Part shown: piece after piece, positions 20,501 through 35,500 of the stretch
Position numbering within the stretch: position 1 is the first letter of the stretch
Layout of the letters: the number at the start of each line of letters is the position of its first letter
Assembly: GCF_000315625.1 (NCBI RefSeq)
Contig: NW_005434612.1
Location: 120,584-184,583 of the forward strand
Origin: Guillardia theta CCMP2712
Taxonomy: Eukaryota; Protista; Cryptophyta
DNA: 64,000 bases
Direction of reading: 5' to 3'
Position numbers and translations under genes: made by a program
Notes under the pieces: model-generated
Seen by the model: only the letters and a program-made list of their open reading frames with translations
What the model was told of the DNA's origin: nothing
Database searches by the model: none

Positions 20501-23500
20501 CAATCTTTCTCCAGACCTTGACGATCGAATTCCAACCCAAAAATGCTTTTCAAGGCACAAAGGCAGCGTCATTTCGATGGATCGACATGTAGATCAAGTT
20601 ACTGTTGTGTCTTGCGACAACGGCAAAGATTCGCCCATTTTAATTTGGAGCATGGAATCACTGATGTTACAGAGTGAACTTACTGTTCCTGAGGGAAAGC
20701 CTTGTTTAGTCTCATTCTCCCAAGACGAAGAAGGACAATTTCTCGTCGTGTTGAGCGTATCGTCCCGAGTCTTGATCTGGGTCTGGGATTGGAGACAAGC
20801 AGAAATCATCGCTATGGAAATTGCAGATGAAAATATCCACAACAAGGTTCTTTGTGTGGCACAAAGCTCTTTTCAAAACGTTTCAGGTTTCAGTGTGTTG
20901 ACTTCTGGAGTAAACCACTTGAAGTTGTGGAGATGCTACGGGTTCTCAGATTCTCACAAGAAGATGAAAATGCAAGCTTCTCAGCTCAGGACTAAGAATG
21001 AAGACCTCCCACTCTTCCTGAGTGCAACCTTTCTGTCTCAAGACTTGTTTGCTACGGGGAGTGAGTGGGGAGAAATCTATCTTTGGAAGGATGTGAGCCT
21101 GATTAAGAAGTTCCAGTGTCACGCAGGACCCATCTTTGCTATTGAAAGAGATGATTTGTCTGCAACTGTCCTCACAGCAGGAAGAGAGAAAAGTATCAAG
21201 TTCTGGGGCTATGATTTCAACCTCAAATTTGAAATTTCTCTTGAACAATTTCTTGATGGTTCGATAATTGAGGATCGCAGAAACAAGTCCAATTTCTGCA
21301 TTTATTCAGCTAAATGGAACTCCTTGCATAATCGAGTCACATTTGTGACATCTACGCATGACTTGTTCCATTTATCATTCCAGGAAAGTACCCTCAAGGA
21401 AATTCAGTACGACCTTTGCTACCATCACAAGGGGAAAATCACGTGTATTGCTTCTCACCCCAGAAAGCTCTTATTCGCTTCGGCGGCTGAAGATTACACC
21501 ATTCGAATCTGGTCGATGGAAAGAGACCCTCAGGACCCTCAGCTCCTGGGAATCATTGACCTTCCGGAAAAGCCTACGGCAATCTGTATGCTTGGATCGG
21601 AACAAAGTCGTTTGATTGTGGGGTTTGTAACTGGAATGATTACTATGATAGAAATGGATCAACTACATGGACGAGCTTCTCTTGAAGACTTTAAGGTCTC
21701 AGATACTGTGAAGAGGTCTTCCGAACGAGTTTCCTGTCTTGCAGTTTCACCATGCGAGACGTTCCTAGCATGTGGGAGTGCAGATTCATCAATTTATCTG
21801 TTTGAAATCGCAAGGCGTCTGGAATTCGTGGTGGCGCTTAAGGGCCACATGGGTTTTGTCAGTGAGATAGATTGGGATGTTCAAAGCAGATATTTGCAGA
21901 GCACTAGCTCTTGCGAGGAACTCAAGTTCTGGAGTTTAGAATCACGACGGGAAGTGAAGCGCGGAAATGAAGTTTGCGATTTGAACTGGGCAAAGTTTAC
22001 ATGTCGATTTGGTTGGGCGGTGCAATCTTGTATTCCACCGGTGGACACATCAATCCTCAAAGTTGTCTGCCGTCAAAATGTTGAACCATATAGATACTTT
22101 TGTGCTGGGTACGAAGATGGTTCCATCAAATTGTTTCCCTTCCCGTCCAGAAACAGCACTTTTTGTAAATCGTTTCAAGCGATATCGAGTAATATTCAGC
22201 ATCTAGCATTTTCTTTTGACGATTCCTTGTTGGTTGTAGCGAGTGGAAACAATCCCATTCTAGAATTTTTCCATGTCGCGGAAGATATTCCTATTCCTGA
22301 AACCAATGATGATATCGAATCTATCATAAGGCGCTATGACAAATTCAGGAAGGAATTCGTTGATGATGAGAGGGATACGCCCGATACAGGGGAAGATGAA
22401 AATATAAGCGTAGTCAAGCCGTACTTTAAAGCGCTGTTTCCTCCTGACAACATTTCCAACTTGAAATCTGGTCAAAATAACATCAAGGGCATAGAGTTGG
22501 ACCATGTCTATGGCTATAGAGGGTATGATATGAGAAACAACGTATTTCATTTGAAGACAGGAGAGTTTGCCACATTGATGTTCGGACTTGTTGTAATTCT
22601 GCGAGAGGATAGAACACAACGACATTTCAGGTCACACTCAGGTCCAGTGAACTGTTTGACAGCCCATCCGAATGGTTCCCTACTAGCTAGTGCTGACGTA
22701 CACAAAGATGCAAAACTGCTAATGTGGGATGTAAGCACTTTTGAGATCAAGAAGAGTCTGTTGTTGAAGACTGGGACGCTGTTGGATAGGATTTGTTTTG
22801 CGGGTCCAAGTGCAAATCTCATAGTTGCACTGGAAGTGAGCAAGCCGATGACAGTGCACATTTATGATTATAAATCAGGAGCTCTATTGATCTCGCAGCC
22901 AGCTGGAGTTTACAATGTGCTGGACTTGTCAAGCTCTGGAGTAGAATCATCCTTCGTTACCTGTGGGGTGATGCATCTGGAATTCTGGACGTTTAAGAAA
23001 GGGAAGTTGATTTCCAAACAGGCAGAATATAGGGACAATTTAGCAGCGAGAACTATGACTTGCATCACATTTGTCAAGCGCGGTGACTCTTTGCTCACCG
23101 CTACATGTTCAATTGATGGATACATTTTCCTTTGGAAAGAAAATGAAATGCAAACATATTTTGCAGCGAATTCAGATTCCATATTTGACATCTGGTATCA
23201 AACCAGTAGTTCTCGCTTTGTGGTTGGGTGCCGAAACGGAACTGTTTCAACATTCATTTTTCAAGATAAAAATGACGTCCCGTCTTTGCAAAAAGACTTC
23301 CAACACGAGTTCTTGTATTATTCTTGTCCAGCTTGTGAGTTCATATCAAGCACCTTTCACGTCAAAGAAAAGCATGTGACTTGTCAGAACTGTGATGCAG
23401 ATTTGAATCCGAAATTCTTCCACCGTCCATGCATTCGGTCGATAAGTATTGCTCGAGGGCAGATAGTATTTGGTACATCGCGAAACGAACTAATTCTTGG

Positions 23501-26500
23501 AGACTTGGTTTTGGATGCATTTCAGTTTCAAGTAGTTGGTGAAGGGATTGGATGTGCAAGTCTTTCGAATGTATTATATCATCCTTCCAATGAGACTTGG
23601 CTGTTTGCTACAGATTCAAATGGCGAGCTATCTGTAATTGATGATAAGAAATGCAAGGTCATTAAGAAGTTTTTGTTACGTGATGGGCTGGATGGGACTG
23701 AGAAGAAGGATTGCGTATTGGCGTCATGTCAAATAAGTGATGATGGAGGCTTTCTCATCGCTGGGTTCTGCAGTGGAATACTGAGTATCAAGCCTATCAT
23801 TTTTGACAAGCACGTTGTCTTACAGCCTCCGGTGCGAAAAATGTTAAAGGGTTCTCAAAAGGGAGCAGGACTTGAATTCGTCAAATTTTCTCAGCATCAA
23901 AACGGGGAACGGCTTGTGTGCGTTGGATTTGACAATGGTACATGTGAACTTTATGCAATAACAGATCAATTAGATTTGACATTTCTTTCTTCATTTGGGG
24001 GTCACGATGGTGCAATTGTAGATATCACATTCAATGATGGAGGCCAGTATTTGATGACCTCGTCAAAGAATCATGATTTGCTGTTTTGGGAAACACGCCA
24101 GATAGGTGACAAATTGAAAGTAAAGGAGTTGAAGGCAGCAGAGTGCCGTAACATCAAGTGGAAGGACTGGAGTAGTGTCATCGGTTGGCATGTTCATGCC
24201 CTCTCAAAACTTGTGCAGTCAGAAGACAAACTTGTTGCAGTTCATACTCAAACAGGAAGTCGACATCTTGCAAGCATCGATGCTGACGGCAATATCAGGT
24301 TGATGCCCTTCCCAGCGGTGGACCCGTCAAGGGTGTATGTTGAACGGAAGATGCTGCCTCAGACCCTGCAAAGCGTTTCTCTTAGTCCTTCACTGGCATA
24401 CTTATATGTGGGTTCCAGAATAGAAGGATGCTTGTCAAGATTGAGAATACAAAAGGAGTCCAAAGATAATTTTGCAGATACTGTTGATACGAAAAGAAAC
24501 AAATGTATTCAATTCCTCTTGGACAAAGCATGCAGATGGAATGAGAAGGTATTGAATAACAAAGTCAGCGTGTCCGACAATGCCCAAGTATTGGATCAAG
24601 GTTCGAATTCTGCTCTCATGCTCTCGTTGTCGCCTGAAGACTTGTCGAAATTCAGGAGCGATGCCCCTGATTCACAACTAGAAATGAATTTTGTAATTGG
24701 ATATAGAGGGTATGATTCACTTCATAGTTTGCACTTTCTCAACTCCGGAGAATTGTTTTATTTTACGGCCAAACTGGGGATTTGCATGTCTTGCGATGGA
24801 AGACGGACACAACGAGTATTATCTCATGAAGGAAATATTTGCTTGACTGCTGTACACCCTGATGGGAAAACGGTATTGACGGTGACCAACTCACAAAAGA
24901 TTTGTTTAAATATTTGGAACACAGCTCAGTGTAGGGTGGTTGCTACAATAAATGATCTCCCGTTAGGAAATCCTTCGGCAGCTTGTTTTTCCTCTCAAGA
25001 CGATTTGTTAGCGATTGCAACTAGTTTTCATGGCGAGTTCTCCATTTTTTTCATTGATTGGAAGAGAGGGATCTTGCTTGCCGAAAGTGAGAAAAGAACT
25101 CCGAATCCAATACTTGTCTTGCAGCACAATCAATTTTCCGGCGAATTTGTTTCTGGTGGTCAAGGGCACGTCTGCACTTGGAAGCTAGACGGGCGAAATA
25201 TGACTGTGGCATCTGCTGCTTTGGATGTGGATGAGATCCTTCTTTGCATCGGATTTTATGGCTCCATGGAGGGAGAGCTGATGATTGCAGGAAATGACAA
25301 GGGTCATCTCCGTGTTTGGTTGATCAAGGCTGGAAGAACCTTCACGCTTCCTCCTACTTCTATACCTGCACACAAAGCTCCTGTCGTTGGTGTAAAAACA
25401 GATGATGAACATGTATATTCCTGTGACCTCTACGGCGAATTCGCTATTTGGCAGCCGAAGGGGAAGTACTATTTGGAACTTGTTAGCAAAATTGAACTTG
25501 GTTTATCATTGATGTATAACCAGCCCTGCAAAGTTTGTTCAAATCTTTGTTGCATTCGCGGATTTTGTGTTGGCAATGTAGATGGAGTTAAATCATGCGT
25601 GGTTGGATTGGGCAGCAATGAAATTTTTTCGATCGAATTGCCCAAACTGAGTGAGTCTGACGAGAGCAAAGCTCAACTTTTGATGTCCTCCAGCAATGAT
25701 TCGCTGTTCGATGTTCATCCAGACACCTCGTCAATTGCGTTTCTTGGTGCTAATGGTACCATACAAGTGTGGGATAGAGAACGGAGGGTGAGATCATTCG
25801 TTACCAAATTTGATCAAGTCCCGGCTGCTCTCAACTTCTCTCCAGACGGAGCACTTTTGGCTGTTGGCCTTGACCATGGAGCTTTGAAGTTCCTAGAAAC
25901 AGATGCGTTCGATCGGTCATGGGCCGCTTCAGAGGTGGTGAAGAAGTCGATCAGCGTGGTGAAATTCTCTCCCGATGGTTTGAGGATCGCTGTAGGGTAC
26001 CACGATGGAAAAGTGTTCATTTATTCGGTGCCTAGATTTAGCAAGGACAAGGCTGAGGCATACATTGAACTAAAAGTAGAAGGCAAATGCGAAGGACTGG
26101 CTGCTTCCATCCAAAACATCGATTGGTCGTTAGATGGAAGGTATTTGCAGGGTCAGACTACTTTTTTTGATATAATCATTTGGGACTTGACACAAAGGGA
26201 ACAACTGTGTTACTCTCAATTGAGAGATCTACAACATGTTACTGATATTTCTTGGTCCACTACGAATTGCATCTTGTCTTGGTATTCCAAAGGTCTTTTC
26301 CTGGCTGAAATGCAAGAAAGCAAAATTTCTTCTCTGTGCTCGTGCAAATCTTCTGGCCTAGCTGTTGGATATCATTCTGGGGAGCTTCGCACGTATCGGT
26401 TCCCTTGTTTGGAAGCGGACGCAAAATACAGTACATTCAATGCACATGGCAGTTGTGATATCAGCGTTGTGTTCAGCAAGGACGATAGATTTTTGTTCTC

Positions 26501-29500
26501 TTCCGGCAAGTCCGATAATACTCTATGCATTTGGCAGCACTTGAACACTTTGAGTTCTGACTCGCAAGGGAGACTTGTGCATCAAGCTTTGAGAAGAAGG
26601 ATCTTTTTTCGGGAACCTAAGCAAGTCTCACCTGCATCCCGTGACAATGAAATTCAAGCGGTCCCTCCCTTTATTAGCTCCATTTATGCGCCCACGAAGT
26701 GGACAGCCGATGAATCGAGAAAGACTCAAGCATCGGTATCTGCTGATTTTGCATTTGAATTAGAATACGTGTATGGAATGAGACACCAGAAGCTGATTAA
26801 ACTCAACGACGACGAATTGATTTACATGATTGCATCTGTCATTGTGCTCATGAATTTAAGAACTGGATTGCAGAGGTTTTTTCGTGGACATAAATCTACA
26901 GTCACTGCGATCGCATTGCATCCATTTGAGGATATGGTGGCGAGTGCAGACACCACAAAAGGGAACCATGTTCTTGTGTGGAATTCGATTTCATTGGAAG
27001 TTGTTGCAAAGATCGAAACCTCTGTGGAATCCATGCCAGTCGCCATGTCTTTCTCAGTGGATGGTTCAAATCTTTTGGCCTGTTTTCAAGGCTCCGAAGA
27101 CTGCATGATATCGTTCCTGTGGAAGTCTAATCTTCGTGAGTCCCTGGTGAGAACGAAATGTAGTGAGATCCTATCACTGGCCAGCCATCCGAATGGAGAA
27201 ATGTTTGTGACATGTGGGGTCAACCATCTGAAATTTTGGAAGAAGCGGCGATCTCAACTCACTAAGCAAAATGCTGATTTCGGCACCTCAAATAAGGTGG
27301 GGATGCTCTGCGTGTGTTTCACGCGTGTTGACGACATATTCTTCACGATTACTGGGGCTCAAAACGGCTATTTCTACATCTGGAAGGATCACACTCTTGA
27401 GCGTGCTGTTCTTGCCCATGTTGGTCCAATCCTTGACGTCAGTGTGGCTGACCGAAGCATGGTCACTTGTGGAGCTGATGGACAGATCAGAGTATGGGAG
27501 GCAGATTTGAAGACAAGTTCCCGTCTCAATTTCAGGGAGCTGGTCCAAGAGTTAGATTGTTTGAGTTCGATGCAACAGTGTCAGATCATCAGCACATTTC
27601 CCCAATGGGTAGGCTCGGGAGAGGACCAGCATCTTGATATTCTTGTTCTGACTAGCAATAACGAGCTTGTCTATTTCAAGTTTGATGGCGTTTCAGGTGT
27701 CATCAGCTCCTTGCGTGAGTCAGGTATTCTGATGCAATTTCATGCGAACGAAGTGCCTTGTTCAGTTTCAACGCATCCGAGCAAGCAGAAGGTTATCAGC
27801 GTGTCCGATGACAATACTTTACGCGAATGGAGCATCGAACAGAAGTCTCAAACTCTCTTCCTTCGACTTCAGAAACCCTGCACGACTGTCGCATATTCTT
27901 CGAATGGAGATGTGTACGTAGGTTATCGAGATGGTTCAATATGCAGGATTGATTGGGAGTCGTCATCCAGCGAAACCACTGTCAGCAAATGCTCCGCGTC
28001 ACCTATAGAGCTGATGAAGTTTTCGCATTCAGGAAAGTACATGGCATGTGCGTCGAGTGATGGCGTTTTGCATGTTCTTGATACCACGGGTGGATATGAA
28101 AGAATATCTTCGTGCAAATTAGGAAGCCGTGTCGAGAGCTTCGATTTCTCTCAAGATGAAAGCATGATTCAATGCAATTCCTCTGACCAGGATCTTTCAT
28201 TCTGGTCGACTATGACTGGAAGGCGAGTAACTCGTGCGAAGGAAATCAGAGATCAGCAGTGGTCGACATGGTCATGTAAGTATGGCTGGCCTGTCCATTC
28301 TTTGCATACCCATCTGAACAAGATTGAGTGCATGAAAAAGGCAAAAGCCTCTGTCCTAGCTGTTGGTTTAAGAGACGGTTCGTGGTTTGTAACAGCCTAT
28401 CCTTGTCATCAAGTCTCCATACCCAAGGATACGTGCTACCACGGTCATGGGTCTGCAATTTCTGCCATTCACTTTACACACCAAGACTCTGCATTCCTGT
28501 CCATAGAATCATCAGAGCAATGCATGCTTCAGTGGAAACGATTGAGAAGCGAGTCCGATCTGAGCGAGCCATCTGACAAGCCTGACATTGGGATAGCTAG
28601 GAACGATCAGTTTTACCTCTACGTCGATCAGGATAAATGGAATGAGGAGGATCAGAGAAACCTCTCTTCTGTTGCCAAAAAAGTCTGTAAATTCGAATCG
28701 GAGGAAGATGATGTCAAAATTCATGATGTGATCGAAGGAAGCATCATCTTGCATGTTTCCAGCAAACGGCCTGAGAGTGCCATATCTTCCATCATTTCTG
28801 ATCTTCGAAGTGCTCGAGGAAGGTTGTGGAAATCATGTCATGTCAGGCACGTCATAGTGGAGAAGGAAACAGTGGACTTGATCAGGAAAAAGACTTACAA
28901 CGCAGATCATTTACTTCCAATGGCTCCAGAAAGTTCCATCGTCTCTTCAGATCTCCACGTTAGTGCAGATCTGACCAAACCTTACTTGTCGTCACTTTTC
29001 AATCCATCAAACTTAGAACACCATAGCAAGAAATCTCTTCCAAAGCCAACTGTCGACCTTGATTTGGAACATGTTTTTGGCTATGCTGGAGAAAATTCGT
29101 TCTCCAGATTGATTCTCGTTGAAAGTGGAGAAATTGTTTTCAGTGCTGCTACTCTGATAATAATTTATAACATTGAGCGAAACAAACAGAGTTATTTTCG
29201 ACGGCACCAAGGGATGATTGTGGATATTTCGCTCCATCCTAACAAAGATTGGATTGCCTCTGTGGATGGCCTACCAAAGGCTACTATCTTCATCTGGAGT
29301 TCATCTTCCCTGGAGGTCAAAGCTTGCATTCAGCTTACAAATCATTTTCCGATTGTATGCATATCTTTCTCAGGAGATGGGGAGAATGTAATGGTTGTCG
29401 CAAAAGATAACGAATATAGATTGAGTGTCATTGACTGGAAAAAGAATACTCCAATCGACAAAACAATAATCGAGAACAAGAAAATCCTTTCAATGACAAG

Positions 29501-32500
29501 TTTCATCGCTGAATTCTCCGATGATAACAAGTTTGTGACTTGCGGTTTAGACCATATCCAATTCTGGAGTTTGGTACGAGGAAAGATACGCTTACATCCA
29601 TGCTATGGGGACAAGACGCTGATACAGAGCAAGCATTTTATTAAGGCTGTATTCGCGAGCCAGCATTGTGTAGTTGCAGGAACAGATTGCGGTGGCCTCT
29701 TCATATTCCGATTTGCATCTGTCGGAGCCACCGTGGCGAGAGTGATCGTGAAGGCGCATGATGGCCCGATCTTTGACCTGTGGAGCAACGAGTATGTTTG
29801 CCTCACTGCCGGCAAGGATGGGACACTTCGGACTTGGAATGTTGTGACGAGGGTAGGGAAGGATTACGATTTGCAATACCTCAAGGAGTACCTCACGCAT
29901 GACTCCTCCCACAAAGTTCCCCTGCCATCCACAAGATCCGTCACCTTCCTCCAATCGACTGATCAGATCGTAGTGGGAACTTCGGACAACAGGCTGACAG
30001 TGATTGAACAAGACTCGCACAAGGTGAAGTGGCTCAATCAAGGTCATTCTGCCGGGGCTCTGCTCGCCCTAGCTACTCATCCTTTAGATCCAGCTGTGTT
30101 CTTGACCGCTGGCTCTGACTGTCGAATCCATCTGTGGGATGCTGAAGTCAGGTCAAAAAAGCAAAGTTGGAGATGCAGGACTGCTGTGTTTTCAGTTGAC
30201 TTCATGTCTTCTGGCGATTCCTTTGCCGCTGGCCTTTCTGACGGCAGCGTGATTCTTTATTTTGACTATGAAGAACCGAACCTTGCGACTGTTGAAGTCA
30301 CTTCTGCGTTTGGTCCAGTCAGGACATTGAAGTTTTCACCGAACAAGAAGATGCTGGCTGTTGGACATGAGCAAGGCGTCATCAATGTTTATGAGTTGTA
30401 CGGCAGAAACTGTGAACACTTCTACAGTTTCAAGGGGCACACATCTTCAATCACGGAGATTGATTGGGATCTTTCCAGTCGCTATCTGCGGAGCACGAGC
30501 ATTTCTCTCGAACTATTTTTCTGGGAGGTTGGCTCGAAATCAAGAGTTGGCAAAGTCATTGATATCAAAGATATCAACTGGATTACATACAATTGTACAA
30601 TAGGCTGGTATAGCGCTGGTTTGATCAGCTCAACCTCTGATGAAAGAGACATTCTGTCTTCAGATAGATCCGAAGATTTGTCCTTGCTAGCCGTTTCCCG
30701 AAATGATGGAAGGATACAACTTCTTCCTTTTCCATGTCACTTGCCAGATCATGATTCAGTCAGCATCTTTGCACATCTTCCAGCTGCTGCAAAAGTGAAA
30801 TTTACTTGTGATTCCCGAAGGCTGATTTCTATTGGAGGTAATGATGACGCTGTCATGGTGTGGAGAATAAGAAGTACCTATATTGATCAGGCCATGAAAC
30901 AAGTCTTTGATGTCCCTGATAGCTTCGTGAAAGCGCATATGAGAAATCACATGTCAACGGATTACACTGCTCATGACAAAGAATTTATTGAGATTGATTT
31001 CCAGCTTGAAAGCAAGACAGATGATCTGCAAACTTTTTTGCAACTACACCACGTGTATGGTAGTTCCAATTTGTACAATCAAAAGTCCTTTCACCGAGCG
31101 AAAGACAAGGTTCTTTTTGCCTCAGCCTCAATCTGTGTCGTCCATGATCTCCATACCGATGAGCAAGAATTTTTCCTCCGACATCAGAACTTCATCTCTG
31201 CCCTTGCTGTTCACCCTGATGGGAGGCTGGTAGCTTCAGGCGAATTTTCCTTGACTCCATCCATCATTTTCTGGGATCTAGAGCAGTTGGAGACAATTGC
31301 AATCTTGGATGCGAATACGATGAATTTGAAGCATGATTCCTTGCAGGTAGTGCGACTGCTTTCCTTCTCACCGACCGGGGCCCAACTAGCGGTCTTGTGT
31401 GGCTTCGATCGGAGGCGAATCTTGATCATTGATTGGGCCATGAAGAAATTGACTCACAGCCTTTCCTTCGAGACCACTGTCACCGAGTGCGCATTCTCTC
31501 CCTTGCAGTCCTTCTTAGTGACATGCTGTCAAGAAAATGTCAAGTTCTGGACTTTCAAGAAGGAGGCTCCCCTGCTCCGAAATGCTAGTTTTGGTAAGAA
31601 TTTCGTGAACCAGCAGATGACTTCGATCGCATTTGTTGCCAAACCCGGCCTCCGGATGAGTGATTCGGTTCAAGTGACGATCACAGGCAGCATCGATGGT
31701 AGCGTGTACCTGTTTGGTATGATGGTTGACGGGCGCTGGAAGTTCAATGTTGTATCTTACGTCGTAAAGGCACACGATGGGCCCGTGATGGACGTGGACT
31801 ATCTTGGAACTCCATTCGGATTTGCAAGCTGTGGAAAGGACGGAATGATCCGTCATTTTATGCTGAAATATGATCTCAATCCATCGGACAAGAATGTGGA
31901 AGTATTGACAGTAGATGATATGGAGTCACTACAAGTGAAAGACATCTTGCATGACCAATCCGGACAGGAATTATACATCAAGGAGTTGGCAACCTCCGAT
32001 GACTTGCAGCTGTTCAAGACGTCTCGAGATCAGATTATTAGGTATGATTTAAGGAGCAAGGCATTCAAGCAGATTGCTTCTAGTGCTAGAGGAGCTGTTT
32101 CGTCGATGTGCTGCCATCCGGACTTACCGATCCTAGTAACGGTAGATCGCGGTGGTAGCATCATGGTGTGGGAAAGTAACTCTCACATCCTGCTATTCTC
32201 TCATGAAGTTGGCTCTCCTTTACGATGTGTTGATTTCTCGCCGGATGGAGGCCAAATTGCGGTCGCCAACGATCAGGGAGATGTGATGATATTCGATTTG
32301 GTTGAGTATGATTGCTCTACTCTATCACAACAGTTTCAATCTTCTAATCGAAATCCGAATTCTCCTGCAAGCGCTACCGTTCTAAGGTTTTCCCGAGTGA
32401 CAAGGGAAAATCCTTACCTCGCCGTGGGCTACGACAATGGAGACATAGAAGTCTACGTCAAAGATCAAACGCAATACAGGTTTCTTGAGAGAACGAGTAA

Positions 32501-35500
32501 AGATTTCGACTATTCTCACAAGTCAGAAATCAAGGCATTGGATTGGTCGTTTGAGCCGCTATTCCTTCGCAGCATGTGTCTGAGTGACAAAGTGAACATT
32601 TGGGGCCCGCTTCCCTCGTTGAACAGGCATGAGACTGGCAAAGAGAGCGATAGAATTCAATGGTTCGACAACTCGTGCGTCAGCAGTTACAAACATGAGC
32701 TTCTCGACTCGCTCAAAAGTACTGTCCGTTCGACAGATCGAAAGACACACTTCACGCTGAATGCGGACGGAGAGATATTTTTGCACAACAATCCAGAGAA
32801 GGAAGAAGAATTCCTTCTCAAATGCTACACGTGCTCTGCTTTGTCCACCAAACAGATAGAACTCTCACCAGACAATGAATTTTTCTTCACTTTCAGTGAC
32901 GAAGATTGCTGCATTCTTGCGTGGCGATGCCTGCAAAAGAAGGAGCTCATACATGCGCATTTGGGAGCTGTGATGTCCAACATGTACAATGCTGCTACAG
33001 ACGAAGTCTCTTACCTTACACCTCTTGATTCTAACAAACGACAAGTCCAGACACGTGGGAAACCGTCGGAAAAATTGGTCCGCAAGCCGAGAGTTGAAAT
33101 GACCTTAGAGCATGTCTACGGCTGTAACTCGTCCATGGTTCTGAATGGAGCTAAGTTTGTTTACAATCGAAGGGGTCTAAAATCAGATCCGACAAGAGAG
33201 AATGTTTCTGCTCTTTATTTTTCATCAGGAGTCTCGATTCTTCAAAGCCTAGGTACGCCGGGGACCTCACCGGTTGACCTCGGCCTGAAGAACATTCTTT
33301 GTCAGGCAACGTCCCACGATGGCCTACTAATTGCAACTGCAGAATTAGCTTCCTCCCCTCAAATTGTAGTCTGGAGGCTGACAGACCGTCAAGTGTTGAA
33401 AAGGTTTCAAGGGTTTACCAAAGGCGGAATCGCTATTCTGTGCTTCGCTGAACAGAGTGAAATGTTGTTTTCAATCTGCTGTGATGATTTCAATACCGTG
33501 GCGTTGTTTGATCTGAATTCAGAAGACTCTGGCGGTCCTCCCGTATCGGCACATCCTGGTGGGTACAACAGGATAATCGCAGCTTGCTCGACATCTCTGA
33601 GAGGATTGCAATCTTTCATCACTGTTGGCATCAATCACGTCCGTTGCTGGAGGCTGATATCTGACGATAGCAACAAGCGTTCCTTGACCTATCGAAAGTT
33701 TTCAACGGGAGCCGAGAGATCGATAGTGTTCTGCAGCGTCTGCTCTTTTGATCAGCTAATCTTCTGTGGAACAAATCAAGGAAGCATCTACTTGTTCAAA
33801 GACTTTCAGACGCTAAAAGTCTTCAAACAAGTGCATACAATCAGCAATGAGCTTTCCTGTCCCGTATTCGTTTTGTATGTTTTGTCTCAGACAGAAGATG
33901 GAATATCTTTAATTTCGGGAGGAGGTGACAGCCTCGTCAAATTCTGGATGTTGAAAGGGATGGAACTAGAAGCTGAGGAGAAGGTCATGGACATGTTTGA
34001 ACTTTCACAAAAGGCCAAGAATCTTAATTCGAGAACAACAAGCTTCTGCAAATACTTGCAGAAACACATCAATCTGGCGGTTACAACATTTGATCGGGTG
34101 TTTGTGAAAGAATCGGGAGAAGTTAAACCATATTACCTGGTGGGCACGAACTGCAATGAACTATTTCTTATTGACCATCTGCTCAAGAATAGCCTCCTCT
34201 TAGCTCAAGCTCATTCCTCGCGGATATCGTGCTTGTCCAGCCATATATCAAGAAACATTTCAGCGAGTGTATCTTCCGACCTCACCATGAGGATTTGGGA
34301 TAATTCATCGAGAGTGATGTCTTCTCTCTTCAGCTTCGATCGAAAACCATTTTCTGTGGCTTGGAGCCCAAAGACAACGTCAGAGGATGAAATAGTGGTT
34401 GGAGCTGAGAACGGGGCTTTCTTCTGTTTCACCTTCCAAGCAAAGCATGGGACGTTGAAAAACACACTCGTCAGGTCTATGGATGAGACTCAGGCAAGGA
34501 AAGACTTTGTGCTTGCCAAGTTCAGTCCTGACGCAAAATTCCTGGCGCTTGCATCATCGTGTGGAAACATCGACGTCTTCGATGTTTCTCGAGGCTACGT
34601 GCACTTGGGCGTGTGCGATGGCAATGGGATGAGACCTCAAGTCGTTCAGTCAATCGATTGGTCTAAGGACAGTGACACCCTCGTAGCCTGTCTGTCAGAA
34701 GTCGGCCTTCTGTTCTGGAAGATCCACGCTGAAGTCTCCAACAACATGTTTGAGATGCTCCGCAGGTTTGACTTTTCCAACAAGGGGTGGACTACTTGGA
34801 GCAACCTTGCTGGGTGGTTTGTTGAGGGTTTGCTCGTGGAAAATGGGGGCGGAATCATAAAGATTGATTGCCAGCAGAAAGTGGATCTTGACGAAGACAA
34901 ATTAACCCTCGGGAAGCCAGGCTCACATGACGTGGCCTTGGCGGCGTACAGAGACTCGGTCATGAGATTGTTCCGATTTCCAGCCATCAAAGGCGCTAAG
35001 TCGACAATGATAGCGCATCCGAGCCAGTCAATCTCGCAGTTGACCTTTGGGAATGAGGGCAAAAGTTGCCTGACTACGAGCCGGTTGACAATCTTTGAGT
35101 GGAGACTGGTCGATGAGCGTTCAGACGCAAAGCTTCAAGGTCAGGAGCCCAAGGGCAAGACCAAAGAGGTGGAGGAGAAGCTCCGTGAAGCCTTCTGGCA
35201 GCTGACTGAGACTGACTTGGATGATCTTAGACGCCGCGGTATCTCCTCGGAACAGCTGAGGCTCGTGCCTGCAGACCATCTGAACAACCCTCGAGCTAAG
35301 GTGCTTCTCTTCACCTTCGATGCAGTAGCGTTGCATGTGTTGGGATGGGATGGAAGGACTTCTTTCAAGGATCCAGTCCTTATCAATCTTGCAAGCAACC
35401 CCACATGGCACGAGATGCTGGAGACCCTCGCACCATATGACAAAGCATCCGGCGAGAAATCAAACATCAAGCACCCTTTAACTTTCATGTACGAGAAGTT

